Positions 11,636 through 23,620 of a stretch of 64,000 nucleotides of DNA are shown one piece after another; the stretch's first letter is position 1, and each line of letters begins with the position of its first letter. A program made the position numbers and the translations under genes. Below the pieces are notes generated by a model. That model did not search any database. It was given only the letters and a program-made list of their open reading frames with translations, and was not told the origin of the DNA. This DNA is from Octopus sinensis. Its lineage: Eukaryota. The DNA is taken from NCBI RefSeq assembly GCF_006345805.1, contig NC_043017.1:12772001-12836000 (forward strand), read 5' to 3'.

Positions 11636-11703
11636 GCCGAAAGATTTAACCTTTCTTTAAAACACACAACTGTTCTTTGAAATATTTCAGGCAATCTTAG
11701 ATG

Positions 11704-11931
11704 TTAACCCTTTAGTGTTCAGATTACTCTGTTAAGTCTAATACTTTTCCACTCAAATTGTTTTGAATTAATCATGCATTATCTTATAGCTTTGAGGTTT
11801 CAATGATGTGGTTGTTTATTTTTAGAATGTCAATATAGGTTAGGTGTGAGAGGCTAGATTTGGCCAGTTTGAATATAAAACATGTGGAATATTTGGGCCG
11901 GATATGGCCAGTTTAAACACTAAAGGGTTAA
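11704..11931. mobile_element. piggyBac-type MITE family 1
   Basis: TTAA|CCCTTTAGTGTT ... AACACTAAAGGG|TTAA; further copies at 22498-22720, 33962-34466 (interrupted) and 53317-53543. Confidence 0.85.
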
Positions 11932-12120
11932 GGATAGCTGAAATATATTTAGATTGTAGCTGGCAGTTATTCTAATTCTATTTTCTAGTTTATTCTTTGC
12001 ATGTGAAATTCAGCAAAGTCAGTTACAAGTTCATAACAGGCTAATTATTGGTTCACTGCAAGTCATTGATTATTTACTTACCAGCTTCTTGGATGCTACA
12101 TGGTTATATTTAGTGGCTAA

Positions 12121-12554
12121 AAGGCAGCGAGCTGGCAGAAACGTTAGCATGCCAGGCGAAATGCGTAGCTGTATTTCGTCTGCCGTTACGTTCTGAGTTC
12201 AAATTCCGCCGAGATTGACTTTGCCTTTCATAGTCCATAAATTAAGTACCAGTTACGCACTGGGGTCGATGCAATCGACTTAATACCTTTGTCCGTCTTT
12301 ATTTGTCCCCTCTGTGTTTAGCCCCTTGTGGGTAGTAAAGAAATAAGAAACATTAGCACACCGGGTGAAATGCGTAGCTGTATTTCGTCTGCCGTTACGT
12401 TCTGAGTTCAAATTCCGCCGAGGTTGACTTTGCCTTTCATAGTCCATAAATTAAGTACCAGTTATACACTGGGGTCGATGCAATCGACTTAATACCTTTG
12501 TCTGTCCTTGTTTGTCTCCTCTACGTTTAGCCCCTTGTGGGTAGTAAAGAAATA
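12121..12554 (+). mobile_element. SINE family B (CORE-type) head-to-tail dimer with single 16-bp TSD
   Basis: TSD tatatttagtggctaa at 12105-12120 and 12555-12570; both units share the same private deletion (ctttcatagtccataaatt). Confidence 0.85.
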
Positions 12555-12819
12555 TATATTTAGTGGCTAATAAAGCATTGATAGTGTGCACGGTTAATGG
12601 ACACTGATGAGGGAACAAAACTCCTGAAATATGGTAATACACCCATTATCTATCTTCAGTTGCATTGTTTAGATTAAGCATGCTGAGATAAAAAAAAAAA
12701 AAAACATCTTAAGTCAGTGTTGGTTATAATTTCTATAGAAAATCCATAGAGACCAACAAGTAATGTAATAGCACTGTTAACACAGTAGAACACAGTTTGA
12801 CTTATAAAAACGTTCAATA

Positions 12820-13661
12820 TATTGGGCTGACCGGAAAGTTCATGCCGATTTATAGTAGCTTACCTTTCGACTTATTTTAGAACATGGTTGAGTCCATAAA
12901 ATAGGATTTGACTACACCTCCATTTAGAGCACAGTTTAAGCTATCTTTTCGTGGAAGAAGGTTTATGTTCCTATAACCTGTGTTAATTCTGAAACCCTTT
13001 AAAATGGAAGATAAGAAAGTTCATTTTCAGCACTTGATGCTTTGGGAACCAGACAAAAATTGCTGCAGCTCGGCTGGGATGTGTTACCCCACCCTCCATA
13101 TTCACCAGATATTGCCCCTTCAGATTTCCACTTATTCAGGTCTCTGTAGAATAGTCTTAATGGTAAAAATTTCAATTCCTTGGATGATGTAAAACGATAC
13201 CTTGAATTCTTTGCCATGAAACCATCTCATTTCTGGGAAGAGGGTATTTTCAAGTTAAAGGAATGATTGAGACACATTGTGACCTTTTTAATCTCCATGT
13301 GTCTAACACACGTGGACATGCCTACAAAGTCAGAAAACAACACAGCTCCCATGACTTTCGGAAACATTTTTTCACACTCAGAGTTGCTGAAGCATGGAAT
13401 AAACTGCCTGCGTCAGTTGTTGACTGCCATGACACTGCATACTTTAAGGCTCTCATGCTTTCCGTAATCCGCTGAAACTACACCTGATTATATATATACT
13501 TTAGATGAGTTGTAGTGCACCTGAGCACTGTACACAATTATTATAATTATTATTATATATTTGGTTGATTAAAAATGTAATGGCAAGTATTTGACCTTTT
13601 TCTTTCCCTTAAAAAAAAAAAAAATAAAAAAAAAAAAAAAAAATCGGCACAAACTTTTCAG
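12820..13661 (+). mobile_element. Internally deleted mariner (D,D34D) transposon interrupted by a CR1 fragment
   Basis: 5' TIR TA|TATTGGGCTGACCGGAAAGTTCATGCCGATTT; partial 3' TIR aaatcggcacaaacttttc at 13641; transposase start MEDKKVHFQHLMLWE fused to RQKLLQLGWDVLPHPPYSPDIAPSDFHLFRSL*NSLNGK. Confidence 0.88.
13263..13557 (+). mobile_element. CR1/L2-clade LINE 3' end
   Basis: NTRGHAYKVRKQHSSHDFRKHFFTLRVAEAWNKLPASVV is the conserved CR1 ORF2 C-terminal motif; followed by an (ATT)n-type tail. Confidence 0.85.
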
Positions 13662-14286
13662 AATTGTAATATGGTTGCATAACAAAATACTGTGTCCCCA
13701 CCGTCATTAAATATTTGCATTTATAATGGTAAAATGAGATTTCCTGTTCAACTTGGGTAGAGTGAATATCACAGGGAACTTAATTGAGAAGTATCAGTTT
13801 GTCTTACCCCCACCTCACTGATATACACAGAATAGCAAAATGGTTAAGTTTGCTTTGCAAGCACAAGGGCCCAGGTTCAAGTCCCACTGTGTGGCATCAT
13901 GGTCAAGTAACATTTTCTGTAGCCTTGGGTTGGCCTCCCCCACTACCTTGTAAGAGGAATTTGTTGGATGGGGAAAAAAAAAACCCCACTTGAGACCACC
14001 CCTGCTTTTATAACAAACTTAAGCTTATTTAAATTAAAATTTTCCATGGACTATAATAGTAGATACCCAAGATACTGCAGAGGGACTGAACCCGAAGCTA
14101 CATGGTTGTGAAGCAAGCTTAGCTACACAGCCAAGCCGGCACCTTTACACAAAAATTAAATAGAGTAAAAAAGAAAAAAATTTTAATCTTATGGCGGTGC
14201 CCCAGCATGGCCACAGCTCGTGAGCTGAAACTAGATAAAATAAAAATAAAATTAAGAAAACGAAAACAGAATTGTTGAGAACAAAT

Positions 14287-15368
14287 TTTATTATTGTTAT
14301 TATTTAAGGAGGTACAGGGATGAGTTTATATTATTACAGATAAACAGCTGGCACAGCCAGTGAGTTAACAAAATGGTCAAAGGCCACCATGCAAAAGACA
14401 AGCATGAAGACAAAGGCACTGACAGTGGGTTTATAGAGAACCAAGATCTTTTCTAAGATTACAACAATAATTAGAATTCAAGAACGTGATGTTTGTGTTA
14501 ATGTGTTTTACATGCATGTGAGTGCTTTTCATGTGCATGTCTCTTGCACATCGAACCCATGACTTAGTCATTCCCCTACTAGTGTTTTAATGCCAGCAAA
14601 TGGAATGGTAAGCCATAGGGTCTTTTTTTCTTTTTTGTATAAGAACAGTTTCAACATTGATGGAAAACGAATAAACAAAGTTTCCAATATTAAACAAATA
14701 TCTAAATGATCTTTTGCCCTTGACAGTGTGTATATTTTTACATATATATTTACATATATGTATGTATACATACTTACATACATATATACATATATATCCC
14801 CAAATATTAAGAATATAAAAATATATAAACCATGTTACTGACCAACATGCAACTTGAAAATATAGAATTGTCTCCGATAAATACAGAAATATTTTTTTTT
14901 TTTCCACTGTAAACTACACAAAATTTGTGTAACCAAAAAATATTTCACAGAAAAAGAAGATGTAAAAAAATAAACAAACTAGTTTAAGAAAAGAAATTAT
15001 TAATGTACCAATGTAAATTGCTAACTAATTTGGTAAAATTATTCCATGCGGTACCATTTCAAAAGGTTTAACAATTCTTTAAATAAAGGAAAGTTTTCAC
15101 TTGATAACTAGGATGCCACTGTCAAGATTTTACGTTAACTCCTGGCGGCAGCCAATAATAACTTTACAGGTCATTTTTTTCCTTCTTCAGGAAGGTGGAG
15201 AGTTCCTTAGTTGTCTTCATTTTCTGACCTTTACAAAAAATGTTACAACAGTTCCTGTTTTTTCTTTTGTTTTTCTTTAAGGGGGTGGGTTTTTTCTTTT
15301 TTTTTTTTTCAACAATTTTCACAAAACAAGAAAACTAAACCATGCCCTCTTTATTTATTCTCAACTTG

Positions 15369-15399
<31 letters not shown>

Positions 15400-15560
15400 A
15401 GAAAAGGAAAGAGAAAAGGAAGAGAGATGAACCAGTTATGTAGTCCAAAGGATGACAAAAATGAATTATGAAAAATATTTCAATGGAGTTCTATATATCA
15501 TACACACACACATACATGTGTGTGTGTGTGTGTGTGTATACATATATATATAAAATGTAC

Positions 15561-15597
<37 letters not shown>

Positions 15598-16132
15598 TTA
15601 TATATTAAAAAGCAGCTTTTAACAGAAATTAACTAGAATGAAATAAAACATTAAACACGATAGAATTGATCATTTCAATTCTACATTGAAAGTTTACAAA
15701 AAAACTCAAGACAGAAAATTCCAAAAACAGAAAAGCTAATAAATGCTAAAGCAATATAATCTATGAATTAAAAAAAAAAAAGAAAGGAGGGTACAGATTT
15801 GAGAGAAAATAGGGAGGAAATTAATCTCAAACTTGGCAGAAACCTATTAGTATGAAGAGGAGCTATTTCTCTTTTCAACAGTATGCAACCATTTTCCATT
15901 TGCAAAAAAAAATAAATTTTCATTAATGTTTTTATTATCATTTGTTCATATATTTTTTAATTTATTGTACTGCTAGTTAATATAATATAGAGTCAGAAAA
16001 ATAGAAGTTAACAACAGAGATAGACCAAATGTATATACAGACAAGGAAAAAAAAAAAATTAACAAAAACATATCAGCAGGTTTTCTGGGAACAAAAAATT
16101 GCTGGTTTAGCTGCTTCTACATAAGATAGGTT
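14287..16132 (-). other. Probable 3' UTR of the tetraspanin with alternative poly(A) signals
   Basis: U-rich on the minus strand, largely TE-free; AATAAA (plus-strand tttatt) at about 15931-15936 and 14287-14292. Confidence 0.45.
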
Positions 16133-16198
16133 TTACACACATTCATATTCTTTCCGGATAGCCTGAGCCAAACAGCAAGCGAACACAATACCAATCAC
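16133..16198 (-). CDS. CD63: CD63-like tetraspanin terminal coding exon
   Basis: ttccag acceptor; VIGIVFACCLAQAIRKEYECV* (TAA 16135-16133); C-terminal YxxPhi motif YECV, like CD63 GYEVM; palmitoylation-type CC. Confidence 0.95.
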   Translation of the reverse strand: MIGIVFACCLAQAIRKEYECV

Positions 16199-16325
16199 CT
16201 GGAATAGAAAAAAATTAGCAATGGTTTAGACAAAGATACATCTAATGAGCAATGGTTAGAGTAAATAATACAAGTAGTCTTAACTTTTTTTTTAATATCT
16301 TTGTTCCTGTTATTAGAGCACAAAT

Positions 16326-16505
16326 TTCCTTTTTAAAAAATTGGGATTACCACTCTGGATTGTCATTGCTTCAGTGTCTTTCAAGTGATCCAAGCCACCT
16401 GCTATACACAAGTCAGTAACTGAATACCTTTTAGCATCTCTGGCCAAATTTCATCCACCCCAGCTGCCTTGCCACACTTGAGAGCTTGCTTCTGATTTCA
16501 GCCAC
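16326..16505 (-). mobile_element. Decayed LINE reverse transcriptase fragment in tetraspanin intron 6
   Basis: LKCGKAAGVDEIWPEMLK...VAWIT*KTLKQ*QSRVVIPIFKK matches the RT domain-0/1 pattern K(A/S)xGxDxI...W....(I/V)PIxKK. Confidence 0.7.
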
Positions 16506-16636
16506 TGTAAGATTAATCTTTCACTCTTGGAAAGATTTTATTGTGACTAGATTGAGTATTCTCTCCACCTCCCAAAAATTGCTCTTTTCCATTGACAGAA
16601 GACACCCATAAACAAAAAAAATAAATTTGTAGCTAT

Positions 16637-17035
16637 ACTCTTTACTCGTTTCAGTCATCTGACTGCGGCCATGCTGGAGCAACGCCTTTAATCGAGCAAA
16701 TCGACCCCGGGACTTATTCTTTTGCAAGCCCAGTACTTATTCTATCGGTCTCTTTTGCTGAACCGCTAAGTAACAGGGACGTAAACACACCAGCATCGGT
16801 TGTCAAGCAATGCTAGGGGTACAAATACAGACACAGAAACATATACATACACACACACATATATACATATAAACGACAGGCTTCTTTCAGTTTCCATCTA
16901 TCAAATCCACTCACAAGGCATTGGTCGGCCCGGGGCTATAGCAGAAGACACTTGCCCAAGATGCCACGCAGTGGGACTGAACCTGGAACCATGTGGTTGG
17001 TTAGCAAGCTACTTACCACACAGCCACTCCTGCAC
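16637..17035 (-). mobile_element. Full-length SINE family A
   Basis: Same architecture as 10962-11388 in reverse. Another copy at 17722-18114(-), so exon 6 is bracketed by two same-orientation copies. Confidence 0.88.
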
Positions 17036-17306
17036 ATATATTGACATAAAAAGCAAAAGTTTGGTCCAATCAAGTCCCCCACCAAAAACTCATCTTCTAA
17101 AGCCCATCTCTCCACTCTCCTAATTTGCTCAAATACTGTAAATAATACCATTTATCCCAATAATTCACACTATATCCCACCTACTGTCCTCTGTCACCTC
17201 CTTCTCTTCCCTGACCCATTCTGGTTCCCTTCCCAACACTTCTCCACCAAACTGATATTTGCTAACACTTCAACATAAGGATGCAATTTCCAGCTTAAAT
17301 GCTTAC

Positions 17307-17390
17307 CTGAATAAAAGCAAGGGCAAGGCCTGCAGCTGCGATTTTCGCCAAATTACTCTTTGACCAGGAAATAAATGCATCGGCACAACC
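17307..17390 (-). CDS. CD63: CD63-like tetraspanin coding exon 6 (last EC2 Cys, start of TM4)
   Basis: atttcag acceptor, CAG|GTAAGC donor; 84 nt; GCADAFISWSKSNLAKIAAAGLALAFIQ. Confidence 0.94.
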
Positions 17391-18755
17391 CTGAAATAGA
17401 AATAAAAGCCACAATTTATGATGAGTGTTATCAAATTATACTAATGGTAAATAAAATGCTGACTGACACATCTAGTAAAGGCAATAGAGTAACAACCATT
17501 GAAGGTATGTGGTTTGGTTGGTTAGGGTGTTTCACAATCCTAAGGCCATAAGTTCAAGAGTGACAAAGTAAAAAAGAACTCTAAGAGAATGAAAGAAAGA
17601 GAAAGGCGGAAAAAAGAGTAAGAATAAAGAGGGACACAGAAGAGAAGCAAAGCAAAAAAAAAAAATGAGAGAGAGAGAGAAAAGATAAAAAGGAACCCTA
17701 TGAAAACCATTTTTTTTTATAACTCTTAACTTTTTTACTTGCTTCAGTCATTTGACTGCAGCCATGCTGGAGCACCACCTTTAGTCGAGCAAATATCGAC
17801 CCCAGGACTTATTCTTTGTAAGCCTAGTACTTATTCTATCGGTCTCTTTTGCTGAACTACTAAGTTACGGGGATGTAAACACACCAGCATCGGTTGTCAA
17901 GCAATGTTGGGGGGACAAACACAGACACACACATACATATATACACATATATAATGGGCTTCTTTCAGTTTCCGTCTACCAAATACACTCACAAGGCTTT
18001 GGTCGGCCCGAGGTTATAGTAGAAGACACTTGCCCAAGGTACCACGCAGTGGGACTGAACCCAGAACCATGTGGTTGGTAAGCAAGCTACTTACCACACA
18101 GCCACTCCTACACCTATATGAAGTAGGTTTATAAATCTTGTTTTATTCCAAGGATTTTGGCAATCTTGCTTAGTGACTGTTGTCATCCATTTAGATATAG
18201 AAATTTAAATGCTTTTAATTTTCTTTTTATAAAGGCCAAAACAGTGCAAGTTCATCATCGTTTAGTGTCTGCTTTTCATGCTAGCATGGGTTGGATGGTT
18301 CAACTGGGGTCTGGGAAGCCAGAAGGCCGCACCAGGCCCAGTCTGATCTGGCAATATTTCTACAGCTGGATGCCTTTCCTAACGCCAACCACTCCGTGAG
18401 TGTAGTGGGTGCTTTTACGGGCCACCGGCGCAGGTCTCAGACAAGGCTGGCAAACGGCCACGATCGGATTATTGTTATAAGAAATAATACAAATCAATGG
18501 TCTTTTACTTGTAACAGGTATTTTAGTATTTCAAGGTTAAGACTTCCTTCTTCAGGAAATCTTTGGAGGCATGCAGCTATTTGACTACTACGGTAATGCT
18601 AGTTTGTGCATGCAATGCAACCATACATAAATATAACATACAACATTACAGAATAGAGAAGTCAGCTCGTGACACCATTTCTCTAACTGCCTAACCCACA
18701 GCAACATGGAAAAACAGATGATGAATGAAAAATGCACAAAACTCTGTAGACTTAC

Positions 18756-18881
18756 AGTTTGGTATTTGTCCTTGCTTGATTCATTGCATCCCTTGTCACT
18801 CTCGCAGCACGAATCTGGCAAAGTAGTATTTGTATAAACCTGTTGCCATTCAGTTGATTTATCCACACCACAGCATTTAAA
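18756..18881 (-). CDS. CD63: CD63-like tetraspanin coding exon 5 (EC2 CCG and PxSCC motifs)
   Basis: ctttcag acceptor, GTAAGT donor; 126 nt; FKCCGVDKSTEWQQVYTNTTLPDSCCESDKGCNESSKDKYQT, with N-glycosylation sequons NTT and NES. Confidence 0.95.
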
Positions 18882-18973
18882 CTGAAAGAGAAAGAAACTT
18901 GACAGTTTTACAATCCTTCAATATCAATTTAACTTTAAAAAAATGTAAACCCTACATTTGCCCTTCAGGCACC

Positions 18974-19200
18974 TTAACCCTTTCATTACCAACCCGGCCA
19001 AAACCGGCTCTGGCTCTGTAGTACAAATGTCTTGTTTTCGTAAGTTTTGCATTAAAATATACCACCAAACCTTAGTCGCAATTTATGTTCCTAACACTAG
19101 CTTAATGATAACTAAGCTATTTTACTAAATTCTTTGTTATATTTAAAATAATTGAATGAAACATAGAGCATCTCAATAAATACAGTAATGAAAGGGTTAA
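18974..19200. mobile_element. piggyBac-type MITE family 2
   Basis: TTAA|CCCTTTCATTAC ... GTAATGAAAGGG|TTAA. Confidence 0.85.
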
Positions 19201-19258
19201 TTCTGAAGAAACATTTAAGGGCTAATTAAGCTGATCCTTATTTAATTTATACAAATAA

Positions 19259-19474
19259 ACGAGGGGTTGCCAAAAAGTCCCTGGCTTTGGGTAAAAAAAA
19301 ATACAGGAGTATCAGTTATGATTTTATTCAACATATCCCCCTCTCAGATTCACACACTTATTACAGCAGTCCTTCAGTTTTTCTGAACCCTGTCAAAGAA
19401 CTCGAAAGGTTGAGCCTAAAACCAGGCCTTTTGCAATACCATTAAAACCAGGAACTTTTTTGTACCCCTTCATA
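19259..19474. mobile_element. Mariner-type MITE
   Basis: CGAGGGGTTGCCAAAAAGTCCCTGG ... CCAGGAACTTTTTTGTACCCCTTCA|TA; second copy 53545-53766 with TA|TGAGGG...CCCCTCA|TA. Confidence 0.75.
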
Positions 19475-19748
19475 ATGAAAGACATGCACCCAGACACACA
19501 CAATGGGCTTCAGTACAGTTGGCAACAACTAAATTTCATTCAAAACATTGGTCAACCAAAGGCTGTAATAGAAGATTGCCCAAGGTATCGCACGATAGAG
19601 ATCAAACTGGTACAAAAGCAGTCATATCTGCATTTGTGACAACAGAAAAGCAAAAAGAACAAAAACAAGTTTATAAAAGAATTTAATTTAAAAAAAAAAA
19701 AAAAAAAATGGAACCCCACAAAAGAGGAAGAGGAAGAAGAATAATTAC

Positions 19749-19844
19749 GTCAGTTTGAACATCATCCCAAGTTTTCTTGACACCAGGTGAAGTAAGATAA
19801 TTCTGTTCGGCTTTTTTCATGGTTTCGGTAACAGTATTTTCAAG
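19749..19844 (-). CDS. CD63: CD63-like tetraspanin coding exon 4 (EC2 helices A/B)
   Basis: ttttccag acceptor, GTAATT donor; 96 nt; LENTVTETMKKAEQNYLTSPGVKKTWDDVQTD. Confidence 0.92.
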
Positions 19845-20481
19845 CTGGAAAAATGAACATGAGTTAACATCAGTTGGAAGGAAATCAAATCAAATCAATG
19901 AAGCAATTACTTAAAATTTTCCAAACAAGTCAATATGGCCTCCATTTACTTGAACTTATTACATACATACATACATACATATTATATTAGGGTTAATTAT
20001 TATCCTCATTAAGAGTGAGAACCAACAAAAATGTTATGCTGATGATTGTAAGGTCAGGTTACTCCCAAAGTAGGTTCTGAAAAGAGGAATCCAGAGCCCT
20101 CATCATCATCGTTGTCATTTAACGTCCACGACATGGGTTGGACGGTTTGATTGAGGACTGATGAACCAGAAGGCTGCACCAGGCTCAATCTGATCTGGCC
20201 CTGTGCAAACAAATTTCTAGGGTTTGGCAAGAAATTCAAAATAAAAAAATTTTATTAAAAAAAAAAAAAAGGTACTATTTTCAAAATGTGCGTATGTGTG
20301 CGTATAAAGACAATATATATATATATATATATTTATTTAGTGAGGGAAGAAATGGAGCTGAACGAAGATTTTACAAAATTCCTTTTTATTATTTTCTACA
20401 CGTTTCAAAGAATTTGCTACCCAGGTATCGGTTATAATTTGAATAATCCGTAACAAGATAATTCATTTATCCATTTCATTA

Positions 20482-20540
<59 letters not shown>

Positions 20541-21429
20541 TGAGTACAGATAAAATTATGTTTAATGATGTAACATCATAGGTATATGCAATAAGCACGT
20601 TTGTTGACCACTAAAACTCCAAATTGAACTACAACTAAAGTGAAAGTGAAACCACCAAACAATGAATAGCTATCAGTGATTCACCACCCATCAGGTAGTT
20701 ATACATTAGAAAGAAAAAAATGAACAAATAAGACATGGAATCCCTTTAGATAGTGTAATTTTATAATTCAAACATAACTGCAAGAGTTGTAAATGTGCAT
20801 AAAGATCTTACAGCTTGTATATATGCTGCAAATCCCTTTGAGCAAAGATTTCCATATAAAATCAGAGAAGAAGAATTAAAAAATATTAAGAGGCTATTCC
20901 TTAATTCTTTGACAATGGAACTGTAACTATTAATATCCTTTAAGGATATTCCTTGATTCTTCCTCCCTGAAGACAGAGTAGTTGGCTTTTATATAGGAAT
21001 CTTTGTACAGCTATTCTAGAAACAGCTGTAAGAAACTTTATGCACATTTACTATAACTGTCATATTTGAATTATAAATTACATGCTCTAAAGTGATGCTA
21101 CAGGTCTTGCCTGTTCATTTTTCTTTTTTTCATTTGTTTAGCTTTTATCTATTTTATCCATTTTTTTTTACTTTAATTTGTCTTTATTTTTGTTTTTATT
21201 TCTGTTTATTTCTCGTTTCATTTCCCAACCTCATTTTTAGAATTAACCTTCCAACATTGAAGGTTAACGATCCGCTAAAGATCCTCTAAAGAAATGAAAG
21301 TATAAAAAGATCAGGGAAATATAAAACAATGGAAAAACAAAAGGAGAGAAAATATGTTATAATTTTAAAATTCCTTAAAATAAATGAACACAAATTTAGG
21401 GGGCAAATATGAAAACAATATCAACTTAC

Positions 21430-21504
21430 ATCACTGCGCATGACAAAGGCAGCAATTCCACCAGCCAGTTGGAGAATGAAGATTAAAGCCAAAAGAACAG
21501 CAAA
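21430..21504 (-). CDS. CD63: CD63-like tetraspanin coding exon 3 (TM3)
   Basis: tttttcag acceptor, GTAAGT donor; 75 nt; FAVLLALIFILQLAGGIAAFVMRSD. Confidence 0.93.
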
Positions 21505-21590
21505 CTGAAAAAGAAATTAAATTGAGGCTTAAAACATTATGATCATCATCATCATCATCGTTTAACGTCCGTTCTCCATGTTAGCATAGG

Positions 21591-21896
21591 TTGGGCGGTT
21601 CGACCGGGGGATCTGGGAAGCCAGAAGGCTGCACCAGGCTCCAGTCTTATCTGGCAATGTTTCTACAGTTGGACGGTTCGACCGGGGTCTGGGAAGCCAG
21701 AAGGCTGCACCAGGCTCCAGTCTTATCTGGCAATGTTTCTACAGTTGGACGGTTCGACCGGGGTCTGGGAAGCCAGAAGGCTGCACCAGGCTCCAGTCTT
21801 ATCTGGCAATGTTTCTACAGTTGGACGGTTCCACCGGGGTCTGGGAAGCCAGAAGGCTGCACCAGGCTCCAGTCTTATCTGGCAGTGTTTCTGCAG
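21591..21896. repeat. Tandem repeat, 4 x ~76 bp, inside an RTE 3' UTR copy
   Basis: Units start at 21591, 21669, 21745 and 21821 (ttggacggttcgaccggggtctgggaagcc...gtttctacag). Confidence 0.9.
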
Positions 21897-22376
21897 CTGG
21901 ATGCCCTTCCTAACGCCAACCACCCCGTGAGTGTAGTGGGTGCTTTTCACGTGCCACCTGCACAGGTGCCAGGCGAGGCTGGCAACGGCCACGGTCGGAT
22001 TGGTGTATTTTATGTGCCACCGGCACGGAAGCCAGTCGAGGCGGCGCTGGCATCGGCCACGAGTCGGATAGTGCTTTTTACGTACCACCAGACCAGGGAT
22101 CCTGGCTGGTTCAATTCGATTTCGATATATTGTAGAGAAACAACAGAGAGTACAAAAGAGCAAACAAGAGACATCACTTCTCCACTGAGTCTAGCTTCCC
22201 CTGCCGAGTTCATTGGAGGGGAGGCACTGCAGTGATGCATTGTGGAGTGCAGAGAACAAGATGAGGCAAGTAAGTTATTCGCTGCATCCATCACCAGTCG
22301 TCTCAACCTCGTCTTGCCACTGTATTGAAGAATGGTTACAGATGAGGGTGAGGCTGACTGTGTGCAACACTTCTCT

Positions 22377-23031
22377 TTAACGCTTTCGTTACTAACCCGG
22401 CCAAAACTGCCTCTGAGTACAAATGTCTTGTTTCCATAAGTATTGAATAAAAATCTTCCACCAAACCTTAGTCACAATTTATGTTCCCAACACTAGCTTA
22501 ACCCTTTAGTGTTCAGATTATTCTGTTAAACGTAATACTTTTTCCCTCAAATTGTTTTGAATTAATCATGCATTATCTTACAACTTTGAGGTTTCAATGA
22601 TGTGATTTTTTAGAATGTCAATGTAGGTTAGGTGTGAAAGGCTAGATATGGCTAGTTCAAATATAAAACATGTAGAATATAGTGGGCCGGATGTAGCCGG
22701 TTTAAACACTAAAGGGTTAATGATAACTAAGTTCTTTTACTAAATTCTTTGTTATATTTAAAATTAATTGACTGAAACACAGAGCATCTCAAAATAAATA
22801 ACAAAAGGGTTAAACCTTTTGTAACCATATTTCTCTTGAAATACACTGACCCGGTTTCAATCAATTTTGAAAGTAATGAAGAACTTAGCAAAATAACTGC
22901 CATTATTACGCAAGTTTTCAAAATTAACATGAGATTTTGATGGGTAGTTTCAATTTAAATCATTTTAAAACAGGAAATTTGTATTATAGAACTATAGGCG
23001 GTTTTGGGTACATTGGTATCAAAAGGGTTAA
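22377..23031. mobile_element. Cluster of three piggyBac-type MITEs (family 1 nested in family 2, family 3 abutting)
   Basis: Inner element 22498-22720 duplicates the TTAA of cactagcTTAAtgataac (uninterrupted in the 18974 copy); outer 22377-22813; third 22810-23031 shares a TTAA. Confidence 0.85.
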
Positions 23032-23039
23032 CATGCAAG

Positions 23040-23620
23040 ACATCAGTCATCCATCCTTCAGGACACTGGCAACGGGCAGTGTCAGAGCTATGCCGTCGGG
23101 AACTTCGGTTCCTGGTAGGGCCACCCAAGGAGGATTGGTCTGACACAGTGGTATTAGGGCCACAACCTGGCAGACGGGACACTGGTGAAAATCCTCAGAG
23201 TGTCTGCTTCGGCAACCGGCGGCTCCTCAGTCGTTCTGTCCCTGCGTCTGCGGACAATCTGCAGCAAACAGGATGTCTCCACATGTGGGATTGTTGGGGA
23301 CCGCTTGTGAAATCCACATATTCCCATGAAACTTCTTCCATGAGTAGAAGAAGCCGACTCAACCTGTCCAGGGTGAATGTCACCACAAGTACAAGTACAT
23401 CCTTCAGGATGATTAATTGATCCTCATCCATCCAACAGACAAACATGTGGCATGTCTTGAACAGCCACAAGAAAAACTGACCAATATGGAATTCCAGAGA
23501 GTTGAAGTATGCAAAGTGGTTAGTGTGAGGCTTGGGATAAAATTGAAAAGGAAAGACAGATGACAAATGAGTCAAGATGGCCCGAGTAAGAAATGCTATG
23601 AGATCAAACAACTCCTGAGG
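23040..23620 (-). mobile_element. Probable Penelope-like element remnant (GIY-YIG region)
   Basis: GC-rich island; frameshifted translation TCTCGDIHPGQ / LSRLLLLMEE / NNPTCG / QIVRRRRDR..VAEADTLRIF / PILLGWP resembles the PLE GIY-YIG C-terminus. Confidence 0.4.
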
